64,000 nt of DNA, taken from NCBI RefSeq assembly GCF_036971445.1, contig NC_091472.1, positions 109,988,001 through 110,052,000 of the forward strand, in the 5' to 3' direction. A model generated the notes under the pieces. The model saw only the letters and a program-made list of their open reading frames with translations, was not told the origin of the DNA and searched no databases. Origin of the DNA: Narcine bancroftii (taxonomy: Eukaryota). Position numbers and translations under genes: made by a program. Shown here piece after piece: positions 60,540 through 64,000 of the stretch. The first letter of the stretch is position 1. Each line of letters opens with the position of its first letter.

Positions 60540-63500
60540 AGCAGGGCAGAAATCAGAATAAGAATTTATTGTCATGAACAAGTCATGAAATTTGGTGTTT
60601 TGTGGCAGCGTCATAGAGCAAACATTCATATTATAACCATCTTCCAACATTGCTACAAACAAAACAAAATTAAATAGTAGTACATTAAAAGTAAGGCAGT
60701 GTCTATGATTCATTCACTATTCAGGAATCTGATGGCAGAGGGGAAGAAGCTGTCCTTGTTTCATTGCGTACTCATCTTTAGACTCCTGTACCTTTTTCAG
60801 AGTGAAGAAGGCATGGCCTGGGTGGTGGAATCTTTGAGAACAGAGGCTACTTTTTTAAGACACTGCCTCATGTAGATATCCTCGATGGAGTGAAGTCCAG
60901 TGCCTGTGATGTTGCAGGCCGAGTTAACAACCCTCTAGAGTTTATTCTTGCACTGAGAATTGATGCCTCTATGACAGGCAGTGATGCATCCAACTAGATT
61001 GCTGTCCACAATACACCTGGAGAGCCTTCTCTATGATTACAACATGGAGGCTCGAGGACAGATCCTCGGTGATGTTGACACCCAAGGATTTGAAGTTCTT
61101 TTTTGATTGAAAATTTTATTTATCACTTGTATCAATGACAAACAAATATTCAATTATAATGAATAAAAAATTATCCCCCTCGCCCTCCCCTAAGAAAGAA
61201 AATAAGGAAAAAGAAAGAAAGCACCTAAACTATATATTAATCACTATTCATATTTTCCTAATATATCTTCTAATTATTAATTGAGAGAAGTGGGTGATGT
61301 GGATGATGTGGATGGACTTCTGTTAATGAATTCCATATACGGTTCCCAAATCTTATAAAAGCTCCCAATCTGATTCTTTGAACTATATGTATTTTTTTTA
61401 ATGGTATACAATTTTGTATTTCAGTATTCCATCTGTCCATCATTATAAAATTTTCTCTTTTCCATTTTACTGGCACACATTTTTTTGCTCCCACTATTGC
61501 TATACTCCAAATTTATACTTGATAGTTATCTAACTTCAATTTTAAATCTACTTCATATATATTCCCACGTAAAAATAGTCTTGGGTCTTTTTGTATTTTT
61601 ATCTTCATAATTTTTCCTAATAATATGGTCAAATCTTTCCAAAATTTTTCTACTTTTACAAGGAACCAAACTGAATGTAGAAAGATCCCTCCTTCCTTGA
61701 TACATCTAGTAGATTTATCAGAACAATTTGAGTTAAATCCATTTAATTTATATGGCTTACAGTATAATTGATGTAAAAAAATATATACTGTATCATTTGA
61801 TATCTAACATTAATTGCATTTGTTACACTCTCTTGGCACAACCTTGACCAGAGTTCTTCTTGATTTTGTATATTTAAATCTTTTTCTCATCTTTGTTTTA
61901 ATTTATATGATTCTTTTTTCCTATAGTATCTTGTAATTTTATATACATATTGATAATACATTTCTCGATAAATGTATCTGTAATTAAATATTCAAGTTGA
62001 TTTTGTTCCAGAAGTCTTAGATTCACATCTAATTTCCCTTTTAAATATGATTTAAGCTAATAATATGAAAAAAAATATTATTTTGTATTTCATATTTCTC
62101 TTTCATTTGTTCAAAAGTCATAAAAATGGAACCTAAAAAAACCCCAATCTTTTATCTTCTGCATACTTTTATTGTACCAAGTATCAAATAAAGAATTATT
62201 CCAAGTAAAAGAAATGTTGATTTTTTTTAACATCATCTTAGGTATTTGATAATTTTTAATTCCTCTTTCCATATGGATTCTGTCCTACACCTTAAGCAAT
62301 TGCTTTAAAATCTGTACTTCTTTCTTGTTTTCAATAACTAATTGATCCATTTATTCAAAAAATGCTCTGAATTAATTTCTCCTGTTTTATTCATTTCAAT
62401 CTGGAGCCATGCTGTTTCATCTCCAATATGATAACAGGAGGACAAGAATCTTGAGCTGCTTTATAATCATTTTTAAAATTTTGTAATCTTAATCCTTCTT
62501 GTTCAAATTTCAAAGTCAGTTTCTCCAAGGCCTATTCTTGGCGTTTTATCTCTCCAAATACATTTCCTCATATTTTTATTTAGTTCTTGGAAAAACTTAG
62601 CTGGTAAAGGAACAGGTAATGGCTGAAATAAATACTGTAATCTTGGAAAAATATTCATCTTAATAAAATTTACCCATTCTATTGGCAGGTATTTCCATTT
62701 TTTTTTTAAATCATCCTCAATTTCTTGAATTTCTAATTTGTTTCCTTTATTTTTTTAAAATCCAGAACTTCAAACCTCATGTCCACCTGCTGCATAATTT
62801 TTTTCACTCTCCTTGTAAAATTTTTGTTTTCAGCTATACTCTCTCCACATTTTTTATTAACTTCTTCCCTTAATAACATCATAGATTGCTGGAAATTATC
62901 CATGTCATTTTTCATATCAGCCATAGAAATAAATGACTCTTACATTTTACTCATCATTCTAACCATAAATCATTGTTCAGAAAGTATTTTTTGCTTTTCT
63001 TGCTCTTCCTCCTGTCCACTGGAGCTATAAGCCTCTTGAGTCTTTTTTTAAATTTCCTCCTTTTTTTTTGTATTCTGCTTGACTCCTTTCACATGCAGAG
63101 TCACTTCTTCACCTGTAGTGGTGGCCATTGTCGGGAGGGAGCCTACATAGCAGTGTCAAAGGTCTCTCCATCTACTGGCTTATCTCCCCTGGGCAGTAAC
63201 TTCCGAACAGCTCCTGGATCCTTCTTCAAGGAAGATCTTTCTTCTTTATTTTGCTCGGTTTCTTGTATTAATACAGCTGAATTTTCTTTCTTTGGTGACA
63301 TTTTAGATAGTTCTTTACATCTTCAGACATCTATTTTTCTTAACTTTTAAAACCTTTTATTACACTTTTTTCAACTTTTAGAAGGAGAGTAGAGATTTTA
63401 ATGTTAGAGTAGAGATTTGCAGTCTAACCCCACATCATCATGTGACATGACCCCCAAATGTGAAGTTTTTGACCCTCTCCACTACTCCACTACTGAGCCC

Positions 63501-63660
63501 TCCATGTTTCCCTTACTTCCTTCTGAAGTCTACAATCATCTCCTTGCTTTTGCTAACATTAAATGCATTGTTACACCATTCAACGAGCTTATCTATCTCC
63601 CTCTTCCTCGTTGTCATTTGTGATACTGCTGACAACTGTGGTGTTATCAAAATTGCAGGA
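60540..63660 (-). mobile_element. Rex1/Babar LINE 3' fragment split by an L1 insertion (60540-61100 and 63456-63660)
   Basis: the two halves rejoin to match the uninterrupted copy at 54880-55150; (CAGAAT)-type tail near 60547. Confidence 0.75.
61101..63455 (-). mobile_element. internally deleted L1-clade element (5' UTR and ORF1 start joined to ORF2 3' end)
   Basis: 5' GGGGG end; ORF1-like coiled coil at 62733-62924 joined to IKMNIFPRLQYLFQPLP; A-rich 3' tail; degenerate TSD ATTTGAAGTTCTT / ATGTGAAGTTTTT. Confidence 0.75.
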
Positions 63661-63790
63661 TAATATGTACACATAATGAAACTGAGCAACTGGATGCCCT
63701 CAGATTTTGAAGTAGGCCCACAGTTGACCCATGTGCCATTGAGCTTGAAATAATAAACAAGTATGCTGTGCAAAACTAGTCTTCAAATGT

Positions 63791-64000
63791 TCTTTGGCTT
63801 GGCTTCGCGGACGAAGGTTTATGGAGGAGTAATGTCCACGTCAGCTGCAGGCTCGTTTGTGGCTGACAAGTCCGATGCGGGACAGGCAGACACGGTTGCA
63901 GCGGTTGCAAGGGAAAATTGGTTGGTTGGGGTTGGGTGTTGGGTTTTTCCTCCTTTGTCTTTTGTCAGTGAGGTGGGCTCTGCGGTTTTCTTCAAAGGAG
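63791..64000 (-). mobile_element. third copy of the RTE 3' end, running off the window
   Basis: reverse complement of about 57834-58045 with few differences. Confidence 0.9.

Overview
AT-rich vertebrate genomic DNA, most likely from a cartilaginous fish (inferred from the CR1, Rex1, RTE, Penelope and tRNA-SINE repeats and the gene sequences), with two short N gaps. Three GC/CpG-rich, apparently single-exon genes lie in the same order and orientation as human 20p11.21: somatostatin receptor SSTR4 (+, about 3819-4964), thrombomodulin THBD (-, 25145-26776) and CD93 (-, 46851-48620). Most remaining sequence is transposon-derived. This includes a three-level nest (solo LTR inside a Gypsy element inside a Chapaev3-like DNA transposon), a full-length but inactivated L1, an internally deleted L1, three young RTE copies, Penelope elements with inverted ends, a Harbinger-type MITE, and hAT and Tc1 remnants. 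I found no convincing wholly new biological system. The best leads are the mosaic features of the SSTR4 protein, substitutions at functional sites in THBD and CD93, the deleted L1, and two unexplained local duplications. All similarity calls come from motif recognition, not database searches, and many repeat boundaries are approximate.
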